From assembly GCA_964648415.1 (NCBI GenBank), contig CAZYOC010000001.1:1-53394 (forward strand): a stretch of 53,394 nucleotides of DNA. The letters run 5' to 3'. Both the position numbers and the translations under genes were made by a program. Numbering within the stretch: the first letter of the stretch is position 1; each line of letters opens with the position of its first letter. Under the pieces are notes generated by a model. That model was not told the origin of the DNA and did not search any database. It saw only the letters and a list, made by a program, of their open reading frames with translations. Positions 53,280 through 53,394 of the stretch are shown here, in pieces. The DNA comes from an uncultured bacterium. GTDB taxonomy: Bacteria; Electryoneota; Electryoneia; Electryoneales; Electryoneaceae.

Positions 53280-53394
53280 GGTTCCTGTTATGATACAATC
53301 TGGAAAGCAAAGTACCCCTTTTTCGTACTCAAACCCCCTTATCCTATGTAATCATTCAGAAAATTGGTACAGCTACCTTTTCCGCTATATAATA

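Noticed and set aside
1-53394. The window-terminal direct repeats as boundaries of a mobile element or genomic island, and a search for tRNA/rRNA genes.
   Set aside because: No integrase, transposase, target-site duplication logic or tRNA attachment site is visible. No T-loop-like GGTTCGAATCC or rRNA-like segments were found in any spacer.

Overview
GC-rich bacterial window with no rRNA, tRNA, CRISPR array, transposase or integrase. The left ~5 kb holds the conserved + strand operon ffh-rpsP-(KH protein)-rimM-trmD-rplS. Here S16 carries a long repetitive tail, and REP-like hairpins sit between rimM and trmD. The remaining ~48 kb looks accessory and is dominated by exported proteins. Four CDSs end in a PNPFNP...GxYF...K-type C-terminal sorting domain (CTD) typical of type IX secretion (T9SS) cargo, which suggests an FCB-superphylum-like organism (inference). 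The centrepiece is one uninterrupted 29,295-nt ORF (15106-44400, 9,764 aa). It encodes a signal peptide, a ~400-aa beta-sandwich head, 89 tandem FN3-like modules in three subfamilies, and a T9SS CTD. A small exported protein lies upstream. An outer-membrane beta-barrel and a lipoprotein with a cysteine-less FGE-sulfatase (GldJ/GldK-like) domain lie downstream. Together these form a candidate self-contained locus for exporting and anchoring a giant adhesin. Also present are DASS and MFS transporters, a YfhL-like ferredoxin, several families of short palindromic REP-like elements with compensatory stem changes, and a recurring AAACACGAAAAAC motif in AT-rich spacers upstream of secreted-protein genes. 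All functional calls come from reading motifs by eye; no database search was run.
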